A stretch of DNA of 64,000 bases from Candidatus Omnitrophota bacterium (GTDB lineage: Bacteria > Ratteibacteria > UBA8468 > MWAK01). The notes below the pieces were generated by a model. That model was not told the DNA's origin. It did not search any database and was given only the letters and a program-made list of their open reading frames with translations. Shown one piece after another: positions 20,524 through 28,670 of the stretch; position 1 is the first letter of the stretch, and each line of letters begins with the position of its first letter. The DNA is taken from the NCBI GenBank assembly GCA_043826355.1, contig JBDRQI010000030.1, positions 44,102 through 108,101 of the forward strand. Direction: 5' to 3'. Position numbers and translations under genes: made by a program.

Positions 20524-20745
20524 TCAGTGCCGGCAGGAATTGCAGGAACCGGAGCGGCAACCGGCGCAGGAAGACCCTCCGGACGCAGCGGATGCTGAAT
20601 TACCACGACCAATGGAAAAAGGCAAGAACTCTTTTTTTGCTTTACCGCGGCATTCGGGGCAGGATTCCGGCTCTTCTTTGGACATCCTTACCAGTTTCTC
20701 GAAACTAATTCCGCAACCTTCACAACAATAGCAGTATATTGGCAT
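20524..20745 (-). CDS. FmdB-family zinc-ribbon protein
   Basis: 'MPIY.Y.C..CG..FE...CP.C' with a Cys-rich tail. Confidence 0.85.
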   Translation of the reverse strand: MPIYCYCCEGCGISFEKLVRMSKEEPESCPECRGKAKKEFLPFSIGRGNSASAASGGSSCAGCRSGSCNSCRH

Positions 20746-20750
20746 TTTAT

Positions 20751-21080
20751 TTATTTTTTAACCTTGGCTTTGACTTTTTTGTCCTTATTTCCCTTGCCTT
20801 TTCTGGTTACCCGTCTTCTTATTGTTAGATGCATGATAGGAAGTTCCGGTTGAAATTCGCTCTCCAATAACTGCATGATTCTGGAATGGAGTTCGTTCGG
20901 AACCGGCAACAGCGGAAGGTCTTGGCAAAGCGCAATCGTTTTGCGGAAAGTTTCTAAAACGACCGCACATTCCGGACAGTCGTCAAGGTGTTCTTCCAGC
21001 GACTGACTTAGGCGCGTATCAATTTCACCTTCCAGGTAAGCGGAGAACGAAGTCCGGTAACGACGGCATATGATAAGCAT
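20751..21080 (-). CDS. zf-HC2 anti-sigma factor
   Basis: HxxxCxxC (HLDDCPEC); directly downstream of the ECF sigma factor. Confidence 0.85.
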   Translation of the reverse strand: MLIICRRYRTSFSAYLEGEIDTRLSQSLEEHLDDCPECAVVLETFRKTIALCQDLPLLPVPNELHSRIMQLLESEFQPELPIMHLTIRRRVTRKGKGNKDKKVKAKVKK

Positions 21081-21098
21081 GTTTAGGCAATTTTATCG

Positions 21099-21701
21099 TT
21101 AAGCAACCCCATGTCTCTTTAGATGTTGAAAGTAATGCGATAGTTTCTCCCGGAGCAGTGAACGGCTGCGGTGGAGCCGCGTTTTGACCGCCGATTCGCT
21201 GATTTTTAGTATCCGGGCGACCTCCTTGACCGGCAGGTCTTCTATTTCGTAAAGAACGAATGGTGTCCGGTAAATATCCGGCAGCCCCTTAATCTTCTTT
21301 TCCAGTAGTTCCCTTAATTCGGTATTGGCCAGAGAAGCAGCCGGGTTGTGGGACCAGTCCGTAATTTCAAAAGGTTGTTTTTTTCCGTTGTCTTCCCGGA
21401 CGGTTGTCATTGCCTCCAGAGAAACCGGCGCTTTTTTCCCTTTACGTAGTTTCAGGAGGCAGAGGTTGATGGCAATTCGGTAAAACCAGGTGCCGAAATT
21501 GGAACGGCCGGAAAATTTCGGCATGGCCTGGAAAGCTCTGATAGACGCTTCTTGCAGAATGTCAGCCGCGTCGGAACGGTTTCCCAGAATCCGGTAGGCT
21601 GAGCTATAGGTCCTGGCCTCATATTTTTTGAGCAGTATTTCGAAAGCTTCCCGGTCTCCTTTTTTGGCTCTGGAAACCAGTTTTATCTCTTTCTTTTCCA
21701 T
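21099..21701 (-). CDS. ECF RNA polymerase sigma factor
   Basis: Region 2 'FGTWFYRIAIN' and region 4 'ESAVKTRLHR'. Start is ATG 21701 or TTG 21707. Confidence 0.9.
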   Translation of the reverse strand: MEKKEIKLVSRAKKGDREAFEILLKKYEARTYSSAYRILGNRSDAADILQEASIRAFQAMPKFSGRSNFGTWFYRIAINLCLLKLRKGKKAPVSLEAMTTVREDNGKKQPFEITDWSHNPAASLANTELRELLEKKIKGLPDIYRTPFVLYEIEDLPVKEVARILKISESAVKTRLHRSRSLLREKLSHYFQHLKRHGVA

Positions 21702-21712
21702 ATTCAAAGCAG

Positions 21713-21787
21713 TCGGGGCGACTGGATTCGAACCAGCGACCTCTTAGTCCCGAACCAAGCGCTCTAACCAGGCTGAGCTACGCCCCG
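21713..21787 (-). tRNA. tRNA-Pro(CGG)
   Basis: Cloverleaf CGGGGCG...CGCCCCG-A, anticodon arm CTTGG TT-CGG-GA CTAAG, T-loop TTCGAAT. CCA is not encoded. Confidence 0.95.
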
Positions 21788-21985
21788 AAAGCAAACTAAC
21801 CTGCTTCATCTTTAATCCCGTTGTCCAAACTGCAATATACACGGGATGAATCTTCTATCCTCGGGAATCGGGGCTCCGCTTTTAGGGAAGGGCGATTCCC
21901 TTCCCTAATCTTCCATCCCCAAGACTAAGACGAGAAAGGGCTGCGCCCCTTCTCTCATCCCTTCAGCCCGCCTCCGGCGGGTTGC

Positions 21986-21999
21986 GCTACGCCCCGAAA
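21986..21999 (-). repeat. 14-bp duplicate of the tRNA-Pro 5' end and flank
   Basis: GCTACGCCCCGAAA occurs at both 21777-21790 and 21986-21999. Confidence 0.7.
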
Positions 22000-22001
22000 A
22001 T

Positions 22002-23906
22002 TCACTGGGGTTGAATAATGCGCTCTTCGGTTATTATTTTATCAATTTTCGCGTCTTTTGCCAAATAGGGTATTTTTTCTTTCAGGACCTGGAAATCATA
22101 GGCGAGCGCAATTTTTTTGATCGTCGGAGATAATTGGCGGAGAAACCGGTCGTAATATCCGCCGCCGAACCCGATGCGGCCGCCGGTTTCGTCAAATGCG
22201 ATTCCGGGCATGATGACCAGTTCAATTCCAGAGGCCGGTAACAGTCTGCAATCTTCATTTGGTTCCGGAATTCCGTAGGTGCCGTTCGATAGGTCGGACA
22301 GGTCTTTTACCAGGTAGAAGGTGAGCAACCGGGTGCGGATATTGGTTTTGGGCAACCCGATTTTTTTACCCGCGATTAACGCCTCTTTGATTAAATTCAT
22401 GGTGTTTACTTCATTCCGGAAGGAGGCGTACAGAGCGATTACCTTTGCTTTCTGGAAGTCCGGGTCTTGCAGGACGCACTTCTTGATGCGTTCGCTTCGC
22501 GCGGTAACTTCTTTTTCCGGGAGGGCTTCCCGTTTTTTGCGGGCGGCAAACCGCATTTCCATTTTTTGGTCCAGCGCTTTTTTGAGTTCTTTCAGATTTT
22601 CCATCCTAATTTTAATCTCCTTTTCCTTCCCTTCTTCCGTGGGGAAGTAATAACGTCGTTCTTCTGAAATATATGCCTGGGGCACGAAGTGGCCGGGGAA
22701 CTGGTGCGGATATTTATAGCCCTGGCCCCGGCCCAGGGTTTTGGCTCCTTGATAACTGCCGACACGCAGGTAGGCGGGTGTGGGCAGGATTTTTCCCTCC
22801 CGGACGTCTTCTGTGGCCTTTTCCAGCGCCAGGTAAGCGGCGTTACTCTTCGGGGCGCAGGCAAGGTAGGTGGTTGCCTGGGCAAGCGGGATTCTTGCTT
22901 CCGGCATCCCGATGAAATCGGTTGCCTGGAAGGCGCTGACTGCAATCGGGAGCGCGGCCGGGTCGGCGTTGCCGATATCTTCGGATGCCAGAATCACCAG
23001 GCGCCTGGCGATGAAACGCGGGTCTTCGCCGCCTTCCAGCATCTTAGCCAGATAGTATGTCGCCGCATCCGGGTCAGAACCCCGCATGCTCTTGATGAAA
23101 GCCGAGATGGTGTCAAAATGCTCGTCTTCAACCCGGTCATAACGGATTATTTTTTTGGCCGTAACTTCCCGGGCGATGTTTTGGTTAATGCGGATTATGC
23201 CTTTGGAATCGGCCGGGGTGGTCAAGACCGCTAATTCCAGAGAATTAAGCGCCCGCCTGGCGTCGCCTTCCGCGGATTTTACCAGGTGTTGGAAAGCGTC
23301 ATCAATAATGTCTGCCCGGTAATTACCCAATCCGGATTCTTTATCGGCCAGCGCCCGTTTGAGAATCACGGCAATCTCCTGGTCGGTGAGCGCTTTCAGT
23401 TCAAAGACCTGGGACCGGGAGAGCAGGGGGGTATTAAGGGCGAAGAAAGGGTTGTGGGTGGTTGCGCCGACCAAAACGATATTTCCCTCTTCCACGTCTT
23501 CCGTGAAGGCGTCCTGCTGGGCCTTGTTGAAGCGGTGGATTTCATCCACAAAGAGGATGGTTTTACGGTTAAGTCTTTGCTTTCTTTCCCTGGCTCCAGA
23601 AAGTACCTGGCGGATATCTACGACGCCGGCGGTTACCGCATTCAGCCGTTCAAAGATGCCCCGGGTGTGGTTGGCGATTATATGGGCCAGGGTGGTTTTA
23701 CCGGTTCCCGGCGGACCAAAAATAATGATGGAGGCAACCCGGTCGGAGAGGATGGCCCGGGAAAGGAGTTTACCCTCGCCTAAAATCTCCTCCTGGCCTA
23801 CGAACTCATCCAGGGTTTGCGGACGCATCCGGAGGGATAGCGGCGCTTCTTTAAGGTCTTTTTTTTCTGCTTCGGGAAAGAGAGTAACCATGCGTGGCAA
23901 ACCCAT
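22002..23906 (-). CDS. rarA: RarA/MgsA AAA+ ATPase fused to 5-formyltetrahydrofolate cyclo-ligase
   Basis: N-terminal 'MRP..LDE..GQ', GPPGTGKT, 'DEIHRFNKAQQD' and 'ISAFIKSMRGSDPDA'. The C-terminal ~190 aa carry 'YGIPEP' and 'RIGFGGGYYDRFL'. Confidence 0.9.
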   Translation of the reverse strand: MGLPRMVTLFPEAEKKDLKEAPLSLRMRPQTLDEFVGQEEILGEGKLLSRAILSDRVASIIIFGPPGTGKTTLAHIIANHTRGIFERLNAVTAGVVDIRQVLSGARERKQRLNRKTILFVDEIHRFNKAQQDAFTEDVEEGNIVLVGATTHNPFFALNTPLLSRSQVFELKALTDQEIAVILKRALADKESGLGNYRADIIDDAFQHLVKSAEGDARRALNSLELAVLTTPADSKGIIRINQNIAREVTAKKIIRYDRVEDEHFDTISAFIKSMRGSDPDAATYYLAKMLEGGEDPRFIARRLVILASEDIGNADPAALPIAVSAFQATDFIGMPEARIPLAQATTYLACAPKSNAAYLALEKATEDVREGKILPTPAYLRVGSYQGAKTLGRGQGYKYPHQFPGHFVPQAYISEERRYYFPTEEGKEKEIKIRMENLKELKKALDQKMEMRFAARKKREALPEKEVTARSERIKKCVLQDPDFQKAKVIALYASFRNEVNTMNLIKEALIAGKKIGLPKTNIRTRLLTFYLVKDLSDLSNGTYGIPEPNEDCRLLPASGIELVIMPGIAFDETGGRIGFGGGYYDRFLRQLSPTIKKIALAYDFQVLKEKIPYLAKDAKIDKIITEERIIQPQ

Positions 23907-23911
23907 ATAAA

Positions 23912-24086
23912 AAAATCCCGTCCTGCCGTTGGAGTAAATCCTCTGAACCCTTCCAATAAGTGGGTGTCATCGCAAGGCGCTTTCCACTTCCCCTTTTCAG
24001 GGGCGTGAGGTCTGCGCCTTAATCCTGACTCCCGAGAGAAGAGTGTTGGCTCAGGAAAAAACTCCTGGCGCACAGGACAGGATTTT
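23912..24086 (-). ncRNA. ssrS: 6S RNA
   Basis: 175-nt rod closed by AAAATCCTGTCCTG / CAGGACGGGATTTT. Internal GAGCCAAC and GGGTTCA segments flank a central bubble. It lies upstream of rarA/cyclo-ligase and behind a sigma70 promoter. Confidence 0.8.
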
Positions 24087-24106
24087 ATATTTTTGCGTCC
24101 TATTCA

Positions 24107-24135
24107 ATTTTATACCTCTTTAAACCCAGTGTCAA
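24107..24135 (-). promoter_or_regulatory. Sigma70-type promoter for 6S RNA
   Basis: TTGACA-17 bp-TAAAAT on the minus strand. Confidence 0.75.
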
Positions 24136-24185
24136 TAGATTAGTAATTTTGTAAAAACCCACCCCAAGGTGGTATCATTATAAGC

Positions 24186-24731
24186 ATGTGCCGGATAATT
24201 TTAGGTGGAAGCGGAGGCCAGGGCATCGTTACCCTGAGCAAACTTTTGGCGATTGCCGGGATGAACGAGGGCAGGGCGATAAGTTGTTATCCGATTTACG
24301 GAGCCGAGATGCGCGGCGGCTATACTTTTGCCACCGTTCTTATTTCGGAAACCGAAATTTCTTCCCCCATCGTTTCTGAGGCTGACCTGGGTATCTTTCT
24401 GGACCCGTTTGCTTACGAATACCTGGGAAAGATGATGGCGGAAAAAGGTGTGTTTGTTATCAATGCTGACCTGGTTAAAGCGAAGGCGGAAAAGAGGCGA
24501 TTGTTTTCGATTTCGGCTGATGCGGTCGCCCGGAAGGTGGGCGACCAGAAAGCCGCCAATATGGTCGTGGCCGGATTTCTGGCCAGAAGAGTTGCGGAAT
24601 GCCCTGGTTTAATCCATCCTTTTCCGGCCTTGAAAAGTTTGAAAGAAGCGCTGCCGTCGGTTTTGCCGGGCAAACCGGGTGCTGTTGCGCTCAGCGAAAA
24701 AGCGCTCCTTTCCGGATACCAGACCATTTAA
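24186..24731 (+). CDS. 2-oxoacid:ferredoxin oxidoreductase gamma subunit
   Basis: 'GSGGQG', 'YGAEMRGG' and 'ANMVVAG' motifs. Confidence 0.85.
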   Translation: MCRIILGGSGGQGIVTLSKLLAIAGMNEGRAISCYPIYGAEMRGGYTFATVLISETEISSPIVSEADLGIFLDPFAYEYLGKMMAEKGVFVINADLVKAKAEKRRLFSISADAVARKVGDQKAANMVVAGFLARRVAECPGLIHPFPALKSLKEALPSVLPGKPGAVALSEKALLSGYQTI

Positions 24732-24746
24732 AAAACCCGAAAATTT

Positions 24747-24940
24747 TGTCATTCCCGTATGTTTCCGACGGGAATGATATTAGTGCGACCCTTTCAGGGT
24801 CGCCAATCAGCGAGGCTGAAAGCCTCACACTACGAAAACGCAGATTCCCGCTTACTCGCCTGGGTCGCCAGACCTCGGCGAAGCCTGGGCTCGTCTGGAC
24901 GAAGTCTGGCCGACCTGACCGGCTATCCGCGGGAATGACA
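24747..24940. repeat. Composite palindrome cluster (GTCATTCCCG...CGGGAATGAC family B plus a TAG/CTAC REP doublet)
   Basis: Nested hairpins. 24844-24940 is a near-identical inverted copy of 52492-52573. Confidence 0.85.
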
Positions 24941-24959
24941 GCATAGAGAGGTATTCGTC

Positions 24960-26960
24960 GTGGCTAAATACTGTTCCGTTGTTTTCCCTCTTTCCACCCG
25001 CCAGGTCTTCTCTTATCAGACCGGAGAATTTTCCGGGACAATCAAGGTTGGTCAGCGGGTCTCTGTCCCGTTCGGAAGGCGCAAGGCTATTGGTTTTGTG
25101 GTTGAACTTTCCGACCGGCTGCCCGATGTGCCCAACCTCAAAACGGTGAGCCGGCTGGTTGATGAGCAGCCCCTTATTTCGGACGAGGTCTTATCCCTGG
25201 CCAAATGGATGACCGATTATTACTGTGCTCCCCTGGGCGAGGTTCTGCGATTTGTTTTAACCGCTTCGGTCCGGCCGCCGAAAAGAGAACCGGCTGAGGA
25301 AGAGGTTTTCTACCAGGGAATTCTGACCGGCGTGGCGCAGCAGGTTGCCACACCGGAACAGAAAGAAGTCCTGGAGGGTTTGAAGGTTCTCCTGACTGCG
25401 CCGGAGAAACGAACTGTTTTACTACAGGGAGTGGCGGCCAGCGGTAAGACGGAAATCTACCTCCAGTTAGCCGCTTTTGCGGCTGACGCCGGCGGGCAGG
25501 CCCTCATCCTGGTCCCGGAAGTCGTGCTGGTTCCGCAAACCGAAGAATGGGCCCGGGAACGGTTCGGAGACCGGGTGGCGGTTCTGCACGGACGGCTGAC
25601 GCCGGCGGAGCATTACCGGCTTCTGCGTAAAGCAAAAGAGGGAAAAGTTTCCGTTCTGCTCGGTACGCGTTCCGCACTCTTTGCCTCCCTGCCTGATTTG
25701 AGGCTGATTGTGCTGGACGAAGAGTTTGACCGTTCTTACAAAGAGACCCGGACTCCGCGTTACCACGCCCGGGATGTGGCAGTTAAAAGAGGCGAGATTG
25801 AGGGCGCCCTGGTCGTTCTGGGAAGCGCCACGCCTTCGCTTGAGGTTTATCAGGCCGCGAAAGAAGGCAGATATGCCTATTTTTCCCTTAAGGAACGTAT
25901 CGTCAAAAATCTTTCCTTTCCCGAAATCCGTATTTCCGATTTGCGTCTTTCCGGGACTGTCGCCCAAAAGAGGCGGCGGCCGATAATTTCTTCAGGCCTG
26001 CGCACTCTGCTGGAGGAAAGGCTGCTGAAGGGAGAGCAGTCGATTATCTTCATCAACCGCCGTGGCCATTCCACCTATCTTTTCTGCGAAGACTGCGGTT
26101 ATCTTTTTATTTGCCCGGATTGTGCGGTTACGCTGGTGTACCACCACACCACCGGAGAACTTTACTGCCATTACTGCGGTTACCGGAAAGACCAGCCGAC
26201 GGACTGTCCGGACTGTAACCGGAGCCGGCTGGGCCGGTCCGGAGTCGGCACCCAGTTGGTAGAGAAGGAACTGAACCGGTTCTTTCCGGATAACCGCATC
26301 CTGCGTCTTGATTCCGATGCGCTTAATCGGAAGGAAGGCCTTGATTCAGCGCTGGCTTTTCGCGACGGAAAATACCAGATTCTGGTAGGCACCCAGTTAG
26401 TTACCAAAGGTCACCATTTTCCCCTGGTTACCCTGGTTGGCGTTTTAGGGTCGGATGTCCTGCTTAACCTGCCCGATTTCCGCGCGGCTGAGCGTTCGTT
26501 CCAGCTTCTTTGCCAGGTTGCCGGACGCGCCGGACGGAACCTGCCCAACGCCGAGGTCTACATCCAGACCTATTATCCGGACCATTATGTTTTCTCAAAT
26601 CTTCCCGGATTTAAGTTTGAGGAATTTTACGAAAAGGAACTTTTCTTTCGGAAAGAAGCCGGTTACCCTCCTTTCGGTTTCCTGGCTAATATTCTTTTTA
26701 CCGGAAAACGCGAGGAGACGGTTCTTCGGAAATCCGGAGAATGGGCTGACTTGGCGAATGGAATGGCAGAGGAGATGGAATTGGAAGTACTGGGGCCGGC
26801 CGCTTGTTTCCATAAGAAGATGCGGCAATTGTACCGTCGTCATCTTATCCTGAAGTCCGCAAAACCGGGCCGGATTCAGGAGTTCCTCCGGTCATTGCCG
26901 GACAAGCAGATTTTTGATAAAGGGGTTACGGTTGATATTGACCCGGTTGATTTATTTTAA
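24960..26960 (+). CDS. priA: Primosomal protein N' helicase
   Basis: 'SGKTEIY', 'NRRG', two Zn-finger CxxC pairs, 'PDFRAAER' and 'DIDP'. Confidence 0.95.
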   Translation: MAKYCSVVFPLSTRQVFSYQTGEFSGTIKVGQRVSVPFGRRKAIGFVVELSDRLPDVPNLKTVSRLVDEQPLISDEVLSLAKWMTDYYCAPLGEVLRFVLTASVRPPKREPAEEEVFYQGILTGVAQQVATPEQKEVLEGLKVLLTAPEKRTVLLQGVAASGKTEIYLQLAAFAADAGGQALILVPEVVLVPQTEEWARERFGDRVAVLHGRLTPAEHYRLLRKAKEGKVSVLLGTRSALFASLPDLRLIVLDEEFDRSYKETRTPRYHARDVAVKRGEIEGALVVLGSATPSLEVYQAAKEGRYAYFSLKERIVKNLSFPEIRISDLRLSGTVAQKRRRPIISSGLRTLLEERLLKGEQSIIFINRRGHSTYLFCEDCGYLFICPDCAVTLVYHHTTGELYCHYCGYRKDQPTDCPDCNRSRLGRSGVGTQLVEKELNRFFPDNRILRLDSDALNRKEGLDSALAFRDGKYQILVGTQLVTKGHHFPLVTLVGVLGSDVLLNLPDFRAAERSFQLLCQVAGRAGRNLPNAEVYIQTYYPDHYVFSNLPGFKFEEFYEKELFFRKEAGYPPFGFLANILFTGKREETVLRKSGEWADLANGMAEEMELEVLGPAACFHKKMRQLYRRHLILKSAKPGRIQEFLRSLPDKQIFDKGVTVDIDPVDLF

Positions 26961-26964
26961 ATTC

Positions 26965-27864
26965 GTGATTACCCAACGGGAATTAAAAAAAAGAGTAGGA
27001 CGAGCGAGCGCTATTCTTTCTTCCTGCACGTTCTGCCCGCGGGGTTGCCGGGTAAACCGGCTGGAAGGGGAGAAGGGTTTCTGCCGGGGAGGACAATCGG
27101 CGAAGGTAGCCAGCCACAACAGCCATTTCGGCGAGGAGCCGCCGATTTCCGGTTCCCGGGGCAGCGGCACCATCTTCTTTTCCGGATGTACCCTGCATTG
27201 TCTCTTCTGTCAGAATTACCCCATCAGCCAGTTGCGGGAAGGTCGGGAGGTTTCTGTCCCGGAACTGGCCCGGATGATGCTATCGCTCCAGAAGAACGGC
27301 TGCCACAACCTGAACTTGGTTACGCCGACCCATTTCGTGCCGCAGATTCTGGAGGCTCTCCATCAGGCAAAGAGAGAAGGTTTTAACCTTCCGGTTGTTT
27401 ATAATACCAGCGGTTACGAAACAATAGATACCTTGAAACTGTTGGAAGGAGTTGTATCTGTTTATCTTCCTGATTTAAAATATGGAAACGATAAGTCCGG
27501 CGCAGATATTTCCGGGGTTGTAAATTATTTTACTTTTGCCGGCCCGGCAATTAAGGAGATGTATCATCAGGTCGGTAATCTGCGGGTCGATAACGAAGGT
27601 GTAGCGCAAGAAGGTTTGATTGTGCGTCACCTGGTTCTGCCGGGTGACCTTTCCACAACCGGGGAGGTGCTCCGTTTTTTGGCCGGGGAAGTCTCTTTAG
27701 ACGTGACTGTCAGTTTGATGGCCCAGTACTTTCCCGCACACCGGGCGCAGTTTCATCCAGAATTGAATTGCAGGGTTCCTGGCCGGGAATATTGTAAGAT
27801 GGTGAAATTGGCGCAGGAGTTGGGTTTGCACAATCTGTTCGTTCAAGAAATTCCGGAGTTTTAG
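26965..27864 (+). CDS. Radical SAM protein (PflX-like)
   Basis: 'CPRGCRVNR', 'HFGEEP', CTLHCLFC-QN and 'RHLVLPG'. GTG start at 26965 is inferred. Confidence 0.85.
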   Translation: MITQRELKKRVGRASAILSSCTFCPRGCRVNRLEGEKGFCRGGQSAKVASHNSHFGEEPPISGSRGSGTIFFSGCTLHCLFCQNYPISQLREGREVSVPELARMMLSLQKNGCHNLNLVTPTHFVPQILEALHQAKREGFNLPVVYNTSGYETIDTLKLLEGVVSVYLPDLKYGNDKSGADISGVVNYFTFAGPAIKEMYHQVGNLRVDNEGVAQEGLIVRHLVLPGDLSTTGEVLRFLAGEVSLDVTVSLMAQYFPAHRAQFHPELNCRVPGREYCKMVKLAQELGLHNLFVQEIPEF

Positions 27865-27893
27865 ACATATTTTTCAAAACTTTTCAACACCTT

Positions 27894-28613
27894 ATGCACA
27901 GAGAAAAACACAATCTGAATTTGGGTAGGGGCGCCATTCATGGCGCCCGCGGGTTTGATAAATCAAGCCCATACTTAAAAGGTATTTTTATTACCTTCGA
28001 AGGCACCGACGGCTGCGGTAAAAGTACCCAGCTTCGGATGGCGGCGAAGCATCTGAAATCCCGGGGATACCCGGTGCGGGTTTTCAAGGACCCGGGCGGG
28101 ACCGGGGTCGGAGACGAAATCCGGCGGATTCTGCTGGTTAAAAAGAGTCGTAGGGATCCGCTTGACCCGGTTGCCGAGGCCCTGCTTTACCTTGCCAGCC
28201 GCCGGGTTCTGGTCTCCCGGTTAATTAAACCTGCCTTGAACCAGGGTAAGATTGTGCTTTGCGACCGGTTTACTGATTCAACTCTTGCCTACCAGGGGTT
28301 TGGCCGGGGTTTACTTTTGCCGGAACTCAGGACTTTGTGTTCTTTTGCTTCCGGTGGTCTGAAACCGGGCTTGACTTTTTTATTGGATATCAACCCCGGC
28401 GTTGGTTTAGCCCGGGTGTCGGCCAGACCTCGTCCAGACGGGAAAGGAACCGACCGCATCGAGGCGCTCGGTCTGGCGTTCCAGCAGAAGGTCCGACAGG
28501 GATATCTGGACTTGGCCCGGCAGGAACCGAGCCGCATCAAGGTTATTTCCGCAGATGGCTCCCGGAAAGAAGTTTTTTCCCGTATTTTGCCGTATTTAAA
28601 CAAGATACTGTAG
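27894..28613 (+). CDS. tmk: Thymidylate kinase
   Basis: 'FITFEGTDGCGKSTQ', 'DRF.DS..AYQG' and 'DRIE' motifs. The start codon is uncertain because of a REP-derived N-terminal extension. Confidence 0.92.
   Translation: MHREKHNLNLGRGAIHGARGFDKSSPYLKGIFITFEGTDGCGKSTQLRMAAKHLKSRGYPVRVFKDPGGTGVGDEIRRILLVKKSRRDPLDPVAEALLYLASRRVLVSRLIKPALNQGKIVLCDRFTDSTLAYQGFGRGLLLPELRTLCSFASGGLKPGLTFLLDINPGVGLARVSARPRPDGKGTDRIEALGLAFQQKVRQGYLDLARQEPSRIKVISADGSRKEVFSRILPYLNKIL
27925..27974. repeat. GTAG-type REP doublet inside the tmk 5' coding region
   Basis: GTAGGGGCGCCATTCATGGCGCCC + GGGTTTGATAAATCAAGCCCATAC. Confidence 0.75.
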
Positions 28614-28639
28614 TTGCCAAGATTGTTTGGCGTTTTAAT

Positions 28640-28664
28640 GTAGGGGTCGGATTTATCCGACCCG
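28640..28664. repeat. GTAG-type REP
   Basis: GTAGGGGTCGGATTTATCCGACCC resembles the inverted unit at 13411-13430. Confidence 0.7.
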
Positions 28665-28670
28665 AAAATT

